Positions 24,693 through 32,000 of a stretch of DNA of 32,000 bases are shown here, piece by piece. The position numbers and the translations under genes are program-made. The notes under the pieces are model-generated. The model saw nothing but the letters and a program-made list of their open reading frames with translations, was not told where the DNA came from and searched no databases. Positions within the stretch are counted from its first letter, which is position 1; each line of letters begins with the position of its first letter. This stretch comes from Candidatus Saccharimonadota bacterium (GTDB taxonomy: Bacteria; Patescibacteriota; Saccharimonadia; Saccharimonadales; Saccharimonadaceae): assembly GCA_001029695.1 (NCBI GenBank), contig CP011211.1, positions 630,001 through 662,000 of the forward strand, given 5' to 3'.

Positions 24693-25613
24693 ATGGAAAA
24701 GAAACGTGTTGTAGTATCTGGAATTAACGGCTTCGTCGGGCATCATCTCACTCAAGAGCTGCGGAATAATAATATTGATGTCATTGGCATTGGCAATGAC
24801 ACCTCGGTCTCCCCAAGTCTTAAAAATATTGTCAATGAGTATTACAGTCAAGACTTAGTTGCCTCATGGCCAGAAACTGGCGATGTCGACGGAGTAATCC
24901 ATCTTGCTGGTTTAGCGGCTGTCGGCCCTTCTTTTGAACATCCCCAACGTTACATAAATATGAATAGCGCAATGGTAACAAACATGGCTGAGTATTATGT
25001 CTCCCGCGATAAAAAACCTCGACTACTCATTATAAGTAGTGGTGCAATCTATAGCCCTGATCAGCCTATGCCGATAAGCGAGGAAGGAAATATCGGCCTA
25101 GGCTCACCGTATGCAGTTAGTAAAGTTTTGACCGAGAATCAGGCAGCCTACTATAATGGCCGCGGACTTGATTGTGTTATTGCGCGACCGTTTAATCATA
25201 TTGGCCCAGGTCAAGGTAAAGGTTTCATCTTGCCTGATTTCTATGATCGGCTTAGCAAAACAGCCGACAGCGTTATTAAGGTCGGCAACATCAATACAAA
25301 GCGTGACTACACAGACGTCCGTGACATCGTAAAAGCGTACGCAAGCCTCATTCTCGCTTCGACACTCAAGTATCCGACATATAACGTTTGTTCCGGCGAA
25401 AGCCTCTCGGGGAATGAGATTCTTGATAAACTAAAAACGGCTATGAAAAAAGAGTTTATCCAGTTTAAGATCGATCCTGCGCTTATTCGACCGACTGATA
25501 TCCTGGAAATAGCCGGTGATTCATCTCGTCTTCGCAATGAACTACAATGGGAGCCGAGTTACAGTATAGATCAAACTATTCAAGACTTTGTTCATAGTAA
25601 GGAGAACGAATGA
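24693..25613 (+). CDS. rmd: NAD(P)-dependent extended SDR, most similar to GDP-4-dehydro-6-deoxy-D-mannose reductase (Rmd)
   Basis: 306 aa with VVVSGINGFVGHHL (G-x-x-G-x-x-G), SPYAVSK (Y-x-x-x-K), ARPFNHIGPGQ and VGNINTKRDYTDVRDIVKAY. These match my recollection of P. aeruginosa Rmd (NPYAVSK, ARPFNHIGPGQ, VGDIDVSRDFLDVQDV). The Fcl-type PTNLYGP motif is absent. gmd lies about 0.6 kb downstream on the opposite strand. Confidence 0.65.
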   Translation: MEKKRVVVSGINGFVGHHLTQELRNNNIDVIGIGNDTSVSPSLKNIVNEYYSQDLVASWPETGDVDGVIHLAGLAAVGPSFEHPQRYINMNSAMVTNMAEYYVSRDKKPRLLIISSGAIYSPDQPMPISEEGNIGLGSPYAVSKVLTENQAAYYNGRGLDCVIARPFNHIGPGQGKGFILPDFYDRLSKTADSVIKVGNINTKRDYTDVRDIVKAYASLILASTLKYPTYNVCSGESLSGNEILDKLKTAMKKEFIQFKIDPALIRPTDILEIAGDSSRLRNELQWEPSYSIDQTIQDFVHSKENE

Positions 25614-26149
25614 GCTGGAAAAAATTAGCATCAACCATATTACTTAAGCACCCAAGACTTACCGTCGTTGAAGATGATATCGAACTACCTGACGGCCACA
25701 CATCTAAATACATCTACTTCGCGAATGCACATGATTCAGCCATGGTCATCGCAATTAAGGATGACTCAATCCTCATTCAAACGGAATATTCTTATCCACC
25801 AGACCAGCACATGTACCAACTTCCCGGTGGAGCTATAGAGGAGGGAGAAGACCTAATTCCAGCGGCACTTCGTGAACTTGAAGAAGAGTCTGGCTATGCA
25901 GCTGGTGTCGATTCTGAAGTTTCGTACATTGGTTATTTCTACGTCAACAATCGTCGTAGTGCAGCTAAAATGCATATCGTGCTTGTAGAAGATCCGACTG
26001 AAACAGGTGAAACGAACTTTGATCCGGAAGAGTATATCGAGTCCGAATGGATACAACTCACGACACTCCGCAACATGATTAAAGAAGGTAAAATCGTTAA
26101 CTATTCCCTGCTCGCTGGCTTAGCTCTCTACGATAACACTAGAAATTAA
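25610..26149 (+). CDS. Nudix hydrolase (nucleotide-sugar or ADP-ribose pyrophosphatase type)
   Basis: 179 aa with a complete Nudix box, GAIEEGEDLIPAALRELEEESGY (G-x5-E-x7-R-E-U-x-E-E-x-G-U). There is an ATGA overlap with the rmd-like gene. Confidence 0.85.
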   Translation: MSWKKLASTILLKHPRLTVVEDDIELPDGHTSKYIYFANAHDSAMVIAIKDDSILIQTEYSYPPDQHMYQLPGGAIEEGEDLIPAALRELEEESGYAAGVDSEVSYIGYFYVNNRRSAAKMHIVLVEDPTETGETNFDPEEYIESEWIQLTTLRNMIKEGKIVNYSLLAGLALYDNTRN

Positions 26150-26170
26150 TATAGATATTTCATCAATCAT

Positions 26171-26193
26171 AAAGGAGCCCACCGGGCTCCTTT
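26171..26193. terminator. Bidirectional intrinsic-terminator-like hairpin between convergent genes
   Basis: AAAGGAGCCC-ACC-GGGCTCCTTT forms a perfect 10-bp stem with a 3-nt loop. It has A/T runs on both sides and sits between the Nudix stop (26149) and the gmd stop (26215). Confidence 0.7.
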
Positions 26194-26214
26194 ATGACTA
26201 CAGAGTAGGATGAT

Positions 26215-27213
26215 CTAAATCTTTGTTTCTTCAATCGTTAGATCGTGCTGGACCATCAACTTTACAAGACCTGGAAAGTCTACTTTCCGTTTCCATCCAA
26301 GGACACGCTCAGCTTTCTCTGGATTTCCAAGCAAGAGGTCAACCTCTGCTGGGCGCATGAAGGCGGGGTTTTGTTTTACATACGGCTTCCAGTCGTCGAT
26401 ACCAATTTCCTTGAATGCAAGCGTCAGAAATTCCTCGATCGAGTGCGTCTCGCCGGTTGCAAGCACGAAATCCTCAGGTTTATCCTGCTGAAGCATTCGC
26501 CACATACCCTCTACATAATCACCGGCGTAACCCCAGTCACGCTTCGGCCATAGATCACCCAGCTCAATATGATCTTGTTTGCCTAATTTAATACGAGCTA
26601 CCGCATTTGTAATCTTACGAGTAACAAACTCAACGCCGCGTCGATCGCCTTCGTGGTTAAATAAAATTCCCGATACAGCAAACATATTATAGCTTTCACG
26701 GTAATTGGTTGTAATCCAATGACCATACAGTTTTGCAACACCGTAAGGACTACGCGGATGAAACGAAGAGTCTTCGTCATAACCCTTTTCCGGACGATTA
26801 TACTCAAGTCCTCCAAACATTTCTGATGTTGACGCTTGATAGAAGCGAACTTTATTGTCAGGATCTGTTAGCCGTACAGCTTCAAGCATATTTAAGACGC
26901 CTTTACCCGTTACATCACTCGTAAGCTGTGGATTTTTAAATGAATAACCCACGTGACTAATTGCGGCAAGATTATATACCTCGTCAGGTTTTGCGATCTG
27001 CATCGCGCGAATAAGCGAAGACTGATCTACAAGATCAGCTTCGATCAGCGTTACATACGGGAACTCACGTTCAGTGATTTGTCGTCGCGTATTATGTTGT
27101 CCACGGATTATACCGAAGATATCATAGCCTTTACTATGAAGTAGTTTAGCAAGATGCCCACCATCTTGACCGGTGATACCGGTAATTAATGCTCGTTTTT
27201 TGACATCAGCCAT
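26215..27213 (-). CDS. gmd: GDP-mannose 4,6-dehydratase
   Basis: 332 aa with ALITGITGQDGGHLAKLL, QASTSEMFG, SPYGVAKLY, GILFNHEGDRRG and RDWGYAGDYVEGMW, which together are the canonical Gmd signature. AGAGGA lies upstream of the ATG. Confidence 0.95.
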   Translation of the reverse strand: MADVKKRALITGITGQDGGHLAKLLHSKGYDIFGIIRGQHNTRRQITEREFPYVTLIEADLVDQSSLIRAMQIAKPDEVYNLAAISHVGYSFKNPQLTSDVTGKGVLNMLEAVRLTDPDNKVRFYQASTSEMFGGLEYNRPEKGYDEDSSFHPRSPYGVAKLYGHWITTNYRESYNMFAVSGILFNHEGDRRGVEFVTRKITNAVARIKLGKQDHIELGDLWPKRDWGYAGDYVEGMWRMLQQDKPEDFVLATGETHSIEEFLTLAFKEIGIDDWKPYVKQNPAFMRPAEVDLLLGNPEKAERVLGWKRKVDFPGLVKLMVQHDLTIEETKI

Positions 27214-27278
27214 GTAAATTATATCCTCTAAAACTTATGTTATGTATTGCGTGGAATAGTCTTATTATACATGAAAAA

Positions 27279-27827
27279 CTATCTCTGATAGTCATCTATT
27301 AATCGAACAATGTCATTCTCGTCTGACTGCTGATTAATATTTGTGTGCTGCCATACCTCAGCCACAACCGTATATGCTGCATTCTCACCGACTAATCTGT
27401 GCCTCTCACTTTGTGAGAATTGCACGACATCACCCGGTTGCGCAGCGTAAGCGTTCCCAGGGTTATCATCCATACTTTTATTATAAGATCCCGAACTTAT
27501 AAATGCCCATCGCTCCGCTCGCCTGTCGTGATATTGCCAACTCAATCGCTCACCCGGTGAAACTAATAGTATCTTAGGACTTAGCTCGGCACCTACGCGG
27601 CCTAGCTGTGCATCTTCAAGGCTGAGGCCGGGGAAAAACTCTTTGATAAATTTTGGCGCCTCATCGTTAGCTAACCTAAAATAAGCCCCCCATGGCTTTT
27701 CGTCATTAATTTCAACAATTTCATATCCCGCATCGTCAAGTAGACCTTCTATCGTTTTCACTATATGCCGCTTTGGGGCTTGTGGAGTAGCCCCTAAAAT
27801 TGATAGTTCATCTTCTAACCTGGACAT
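27279..27827 (-). CDS. Cupin-fold mannose-6-phosphate isomerase (type II PMI C-terminal-domain-like), stand-alone
   Basis: 182 aa with EKPWGAYFRL, ILLVSPGERLSWQYHDRRAERWAFISG and GDVVQFSQSERHRLVG, matching the MannoseP_isomer cupin pattern. AGGAGG lies upstream of the ATG. Confidence 0.75.
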   Translation of the reverse strand: MSRLEDELSILGATPQAPKRHIVKTIEGLLDDAGYEIVEINDEKPWGAYFRLANDEAPKFIKEFFPGLSLEDAQLGRVGAELSPKILLVSPGERLSWQYHDRRAERWAFISSGSYNKSMDDNPGNAYAAQPGDVVQFSQSERHRLVGENAAYTVVAEVWQHTNINQQSDENDIVRLIDDYQR

Positions 27828-27911
27828 TTTCTACCTCCTGTCTCAACTTAATTATTACAATCAATTGTAACATCATGAAGTTATAAGGTTGATTGGTTAT
27901 AATAGTAGGAG

Positions 27912-29075
27912 GTGTTAGATAAACTACCTATAAAAAGACAACGAATTTTAGCGCTTGATTTATTAAGGGGCTTATTTTTATTAATTATTTTAGCTGATCA
28001 CCTGAGATGGGCACCATCGTTCTTTTTTCAATTTGCAACAGCTTATACAGGCATGGTTGCATCCGCAGCGGAAGGTTTTTTTATAATTTCCGGTATTCTT
28101 GTCGGATATATTTATGGGCCGAGAATTCTACATTCAACAAGACGAACCACATTAAAAATTTGGAAAAGAGCCTTTCTGCTATATGCACTTGCGGTAAGTT
28201 TTACTCTTCTTTATTCTCTATGGGCTAGCTTTCTTCCTGAAGGCTACTCTCGATCTTCAACATTACTTGCAAGCTCCGTAGGTGATGCAATATTAGGAGC
28301 CTTATCGTTAACATATACATATGGCTGGGCTGACTTTTTGAGTCGTTATGCAGTCTTCATGTTAGCAGCGCCACTTACACTATGGCTCATCGCTAAGCGA
28401 AAAGCGTACATCGTATTAATAGTAAGCGGATTAATATGGTTATTATTCAGAGAAGTGACTCCATGGTTGATATTCGCTGCATGGCAAGTTATATTTTTTG
28501 CCGGCGTCGTTATAGGTTATTATCTTCCGAAGATAGAGAGTGAAGCAAAAAAAACAAATAATAGAAAATGTGCATTGAAGCTACTTGTTTATATAAGTGT
28601 TACTAGCTTTATTCTTACCGCAATTTTTATTGCAATTCCTCCATTGCTTCTTCTAAGTTTCGATACGATTATTAATAATGATGTAACTAACATATTAAAT
28701 CGAATTAACGGAGTGCGTGAACATATATTAATTTACTTCGATAAGTCAACAATGTCAGTGTGCCGATTGACAGTAGGAGCCTTATGGTTCGTTGGTCTTT
28801 ACACTATTTTTCGTAAGCATGAAATCATAATTAATAAGCGTAGTCGAGGCATCCTACTACTATTAGGCCAGTATTCATTATTCGTCTATAGCACTCAAGC
28901 TTTCTTAATTTTTACCATCGATACCTTCTTACCCACTACAAGTGGACCGAACCCACCATTTATTCTTTTAAATACCTTATTTGGTATTTTGAGCGCGACT
29001 CTTATCTATATAATTACGAAGCTTTACGCAAAAAGAACAACCGTCTACACTAGACTTAGGCAGCTATTAGCCTAG
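27912..29075 (+). CDS. OpgC-family / acyltransferase-like polytopic membrane protein (start codon uncertain)
   Basis: 387 aa with ~10 hydrophobic segments. The N-terminal ILALDLLRGLFLLIILADHL ... GMVASAAEGFFIISG resembles the OpgC pattern (D-x-L-R-G-L ... H ... S-D-A-A-E-x-F-V-F-x-S-G). The only in-frame start is the GTG at 27912, which overlaps an AGGAGG (27907-27912). The start is therefore either leaderless or misplaced. Confidence 0.65.
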   Translation: MLDKLPIKRQRILALDLLRGLFLLIILADHLRWAPSFFFQFATAYTGMVASAAEGFFIISGILVGYIYGPRILHSTRRTTLKIWKRAFLLYALAVSFTLLYSLWASFLPEGYSRSSTLLASSVGDAILGALSLTYTYGWADFLSRYAVFMLAAPLTLWLIAKRKAYIVLIVSGLIWLLFREVTPWLIFAAWQVIFFAGVVIGYYLPKIESEAKKTNNRKCALKLLVYISVTSFILTAIFIAIPPLLLLSFDTIINNDVTNILNRINGVREHILIYFDKSTMSVCRLTVGALWFVGLYTIFRKHEIIINKRSRGILLLLGQYSLFVYSTQAFLIFTIDTFLPTTSGPNPPFILLNTLFGILSATLIYIITKLYAKRTTVYTRLRQLLA

Positions 29076-29091
29076 GTAAGATATATTTACG

Positions 29092-30159
29092 ATGAAACTA
29101 CTTGAATACGAAGCAAAACATTTACTCGCATCAGCTAACATTCAAACGCCAAGATCGTTTATAGTTGACGTGAATTCGCTGCCCTCTTTTCTTCCTGTAG
29201 TTTTGAAGTCACAAGTACCTATTGGTGGTCGTGGTAAAGCCGGAGGCATAGCCGTTGTTTACACATCCGAAGAATACACCCTGAATACATCCCGGATACT
29301 ATCACTCGATATCAAAGGTTTTACACCCAAACAATTACTTGCTGAAGAATTAATAAACATAGAGCGTGAGCTATACTTGTCGCTGCTTATCGACAGGCGG
29401 TCAGCAAGCATCATCCTGATGGCACATACTAACGGCGGCGTTGAAATAGAAGAGAATCATGTGGATGACTTCCTACGATGCTCGCTTACCGATAAAAACC
29501 TACTCGCAGCTGGAGAACAGCTTGCGGAATATTTCGATCTTCCCGAAAAAAGCTTCGTACTTCAGGATCTCGTCAAAAACCTCTACGCCTGTATGATTAA
29601 AAACGATGCCACACTTCTGGAAATTAACCCACTTATCCTCACTAAGGACGGAGAGATTGTCGCCGGAGACTGCAAGATGGAGCTCGACGACGCAGCAGCC
29701 TTTCGACATCCTGAATGGAACTTCGAAGACGAAGCCGCTGAAGTGAATTTTGTTACACTCGATAACCAAGGTACTGTCGCAACTATAGCGAACGGTGCAG
29801 GACTCGCCATGGCAACCGTTGATGCCGTAGCGGATGCAGGGCTCGTACCGGCAAACTTCCTCGATATTGGCGGCGGAGCAAATGAATCGAGTGTTCTCGC
29901 GGCATTTAAGCGTATCATGGAATACCCAAACATCGATGCTATTATCATCAACATATTTGCTGGCATCACCCGATGTGACGAAATTGCAAAAGCTATTATC
30001 GCAGCGCGTACTCAGATTAACGCGCTACCACCACTATATATTCGCCTCGCCGGCACTAACTTTGAACAGGCTGTCGAACTCCTCACTGCAGAGCAAATCA
30101 CTACCCTTTCGACACTCGAGTCATGCATCGAAGCGGTAAAAACGAAAGGGAAGTCATAG
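29092..30159 (+). CDS. sucC: Succinyl-CoA synthetase beta subunit-like (ATP-grasp) protein, shorter than typical SucC
   Basis: 355 aa with MKLLEYEAKHLL, KSQVPIGGRGKAGGI, ELYLSLLIDR, LLEINPLILT, IANGAGLAMATVDAV, PANFLDIGGGA and INIFAGITRCDEIAKAI. Confidence 0.85.
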   Translation: MKLLEYEAKHLLASANIQTPRSFIVDVNSLPSFLPVVLKSQVPIGGRGKAGGIAVVYTSEEYTLNTSRILSLDIKGFTPKQLLAEELINIERELYLSLLIDRRSASIILMAHTNGGVEIEENHVDDFLRCSLTDKNLLAAGEQLAEYFDLPEKSFVLQDLVKNLYACMIKNDATLLEINPLILTKDGEIVAGDCKMELDDAAAFRHPEWNFEDEAAEVNFVTLDNQGTVATIANGAGLAMATVDAVADAGLVPANFLDIGGGANESSVLAAFKRIMEYPNIDAIIINIFAGITRCDEIAKAIIAARTQINALPPLYIRLAGTNFEQAVELLTAEQITTLSTLESCIEAVKTKGKS

Positions 30160-30161
30160 TT

Positions 30162-31022
30162 ATGAAAAGCTCTCTTCTTACCGCTCAAAATGTTATCATA
30201 CAGGGCATCACTGGAGCGCACGGTGCATTTCATGCTCAAGCTATGAAGAACTCTGGTACGGGCATCGTTGCTGGCACTTCACCAAATAAAGCTGGTCAGT
30301 TCATCGATACTATTCCGGTATATAATTCGATCAAAGATATTCAGAAAGATTTCACTGTCGATATTAGCGTTATATTTGTACCACCAGCATTTGCAAAATC
30401 CGCCATTATCGAAGCAATCTCAGCAAAAATCCCACTCATCGTCTGTATCACTGAAGGTATTCCAATTCATGATATGTTGCAAATAAAACAACATCTAGAA
30501 AAGGGGAGTAGTACACTTATCGGACCAAATTGCCCCGGAGTACTCATACCCGGCAACAATAAGCTCGGCATCATCCCCGCTCACTTGTCACTCCCGGGAT
30601 CAGTCGGGCTTGTGAGCCGATCTGGTACACTCACCTACGAAGCGATGGACGGCCTAACTCGCCGCAACATCGGTCAGCGCTACATCGTTGGCATTGGCGG
30701 TGACCGAATACCCGGTACAAGCTTCATCGATACACTCGCTTTATTTGAGTCCGACCCAACAGTCGAGCAAATCGTGATGATCGGCGAGATTGGCGGTACA
30801 AGCGAGATTGAAGCTGCAGACTATATTCATCAGCACGTCACAAAGCCAGTCTACGCCTACGTCACTGGCCACCATGCTCCCGAAGGTGTACAACTCGGTC
30901 ATGCAGGTGCGATCCTTGGTAGTGCCGATGAGTCTGCGGTAGCAAAAACTCAGTATTTAGCACAATGCAACGTTCATACTGCAAACAGTATCACCCAACT
31001 AGTGAAGATGATTCCTGCATGA
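30162..31022 (+). CDS. sucD: Succinyl-CoA synthetase alpha subunit
   Basis: The start is placed at the ATG at 30162 ([24 protein letters not shown]), 2 nt after the sucC stop. The ORF-track start at 30123 would overlap sucC. The motifs are [16 protein letters not shown] and the phosphohistidine loop GHAGAILG. Confidence 0.9.
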   Translation: MKSSLLTAQNVIIQGITGAHGAFHAQAMKNSGTGIVAGTSPNKAGQFIDTIPVYNSIKDIQKDFTVDISVIFVPPAFAKSAIIEAISAKIPLIVCITEGIPIHDMLQIKQHLEKGSSTLIGPNCPGVLIPGNNKLGIIPAHLSLPGSVGLVSRSGTLTYEAMDGLTRRNIGQRYIVGIGGDRIPGTSFIDTLALFESDPTVEQIVMIGEIGGTSEIEAADYIHQHVTKPVYAYVTGHHAPEGVQLGHAGAILGSADESAVAKTQYLAQCNVHTANSITQLVKMIPA

Positions 31023-31140
31023 TGCAAGCATTTCTCCTATTTATGAAATAATTGCTTAATTCGGATATATATCCTATGTCGACCATGAAGACTTTTAAAT
31101 ATTCTTGCATATTAGCTCTTCGGACGTTATTTTACTGTTT

Positions 31141-32000
31141 TTAGTACTTAGTAATAATCTTTAGGATATTATCCGATAATTCATCAAATTCTTGTTTGGC
31201 TTTTTCAAGATTATCGTAGGTACCTTGCTTTAGGTTCGCAGGATTTATATCAAAGATTGCTTTTCCGTCTTTATGACAAAGCGCGGGTATCATGCCGTAA
31301 TCTTGTATGTTATGAAGCGGCGCAGAATAACTTGCAGCTACAAGTCCGTTTCGACAATGCTTCTCCGACAAATACGTCTTCACACTCTCTGGAATTCTAT
31401 CGATCCACTGTTGATGATCCTTGATCGGCTTTTCGCTATAGACATTATATGAATTTAGTATATAGCCAATAAACAAGCCCTCTCCATCAAGTACAAACTG
31501 ACGCTCTGTCGAACCACTTAGTGCCTGACCGGTATCCTTCCAGTTACGTTTCCACTCCTCAAGCTTAAGACCAAGATTCTCAATACCTTGCAGGCTAAAC
31601 GCATCTGGGTTCATAGGTACAGCGAAATAATCAGTGCCAAGAAGTATCACTCGGTTGAGTCGCCCCATCGTCGGAGAGGTGTCTATGACAAATATATCAA
31701 CATCGTCTGTCATTCCTTTTTCTCTCATAAATCGATCGATAGCGCTCGTAACGAAATATCCGTTCTGATTGCCACCTGCGGCATTACCAAACGCCGTGCT
31801 TAGCAGCTCTTCATAGTCAGAGAGTCGTAGATCGCCCCTAAGGAGGGATAAGTTTTTTGGCGACGCCTTCACTGGCTCAAAAGTTGCACCAAGATCGATA
31901 TCCCCGCCACCGTTAATTACTCCGCCAAGAACATCGTAGATAGTTTTTGATATGTGAGAAAAAAGCGTATTTTCGTAGTACTCCTCGCCGAGCGCAAGCC
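31141..32000 (-). CDS. ParA/MinD-superfamily ATPase-like protein, C-terminal part (N-terminus with Walker A lies beyond the right edge)
   Basis: The ORF-track start at 31872 is a GTG. The frame stays open upstream to the window edge (LALGEEYYENTLFSHISKTIYDVLGGVINGGGDIDLGATFEPV-KASPKNLSLLRGD...). DVDIFVIDTSPTMGRLNRVILLGTDYFAVPMNPDAFSLQGIENL matches the ParA-like Walker B / switch region pattern. Confidence 0.55.
   Translation of the reverse strand, partial: LALGEEYYENTLFSHISKTIYDVLGGVINGGGDIDLGATFEPVKASPKNLSLLRGDLRLSDYEELLSTAFGNAAGGNQNGYFVTSAIDRFMREKGMTDDVDIFVIDTSPTMGRLNRVILLGTDYFAVPMNPDAFSLQGIENLGLKLEEWKRNWKDTGQALSGSTERQFVLDGEGLFIGYILNSYNVYSEKPIKDHQQWIDRIPESVKTYLSEKHCRNGLVAASYSAPLHNIQDYGMIPALCHKDGKAIFDINPANLKQGTYDNLEKAKQEFDELSDNILKIITKY

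Noticed and set aside
24636-24851. A 71-aa minus-strand ORF spans the wzm/rmd divergent spacer and the 5' end of the rmd-like gene.
   Set aside because: It overlaps the well-supported rmd-like start including its G-x-x-G-x-x-G region, and it has no motifs. It is most likely a chance ORF in AT-rich DNA.
30123-30161. The ORF-track start for sucD is at 30123 (MHRSGKNEREVIV...).
   Set aside because: This start would overlap sucC by 37 nt. The ATG at 30162 follows the sucC stop by 2 nt and gives the canonical SucD N-terminus ([15 protein letters not shown]).

Overview
This window is a densely packed cell-envelope glycan locus with about 31 protein-coding genes. I found no rRNA or tRNA genes, no CRISPR array, and no transposase or integrase. 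The left block (1-8781, roughly 45-58% GC by spot counts) carries a minus-strand operon and several flanking genes. The operon encodes a small membrane protein, an O-antigen-ligase-like protein, a LexA-DNA-binding-domain-only regulator, a membrane-anchored beta-lactamase-like hydrolase, and a paralog of that hydrolase that is cut by the left edge. The flanking genes are a divergent WbaP-type phosphoglycosyltransferase plus a GT4, an orphan 27-codon glmS 3' relic, and manC. The centre (about 8.8-24.6 kb) is markedly AT-rich. It holds a GtrA / polyprenyl-phosphate GT2 / large polytopic (GT-C-like) module. It also holds a small anchored protein and a 792-aa secreted protein with an SLT-like head and four tandem ~135-aa repeats. 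The rest of the centre is a nine-gene translationally coupled minus-strand operon: wzm, wzt (with a C-terminal extension), GT4, an FkbM methyltransferase with a coiled-coil tail, a 656-aa GT, two tandem paralogous GT4s, and a final GT4. The right block encodes GDP-D-rhamnose-type precursor enzymes (rmd-like, Nudix, gmd, cupin PMI) and an AT-rich OpgC-family acyltransferase. Next come sucC and sucD, then a ParA-like ATPase cut by the right edge. Taken together this looks like an ABC-transporter-dependent, terminally capped homopolymer pathway. Its logic resembles E. coli O8/O9a, P. aeruginosa CPA and Geobacillus S-layer glycan systems, with an extracytoplasmic decoration module and a possible succinylation module attached. 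The host is probably a small-genome monoderm or Patescibacteria-like bacterium, but that is inference only. All functional calls come from reading motifs in the translations by eye. No database search was run.
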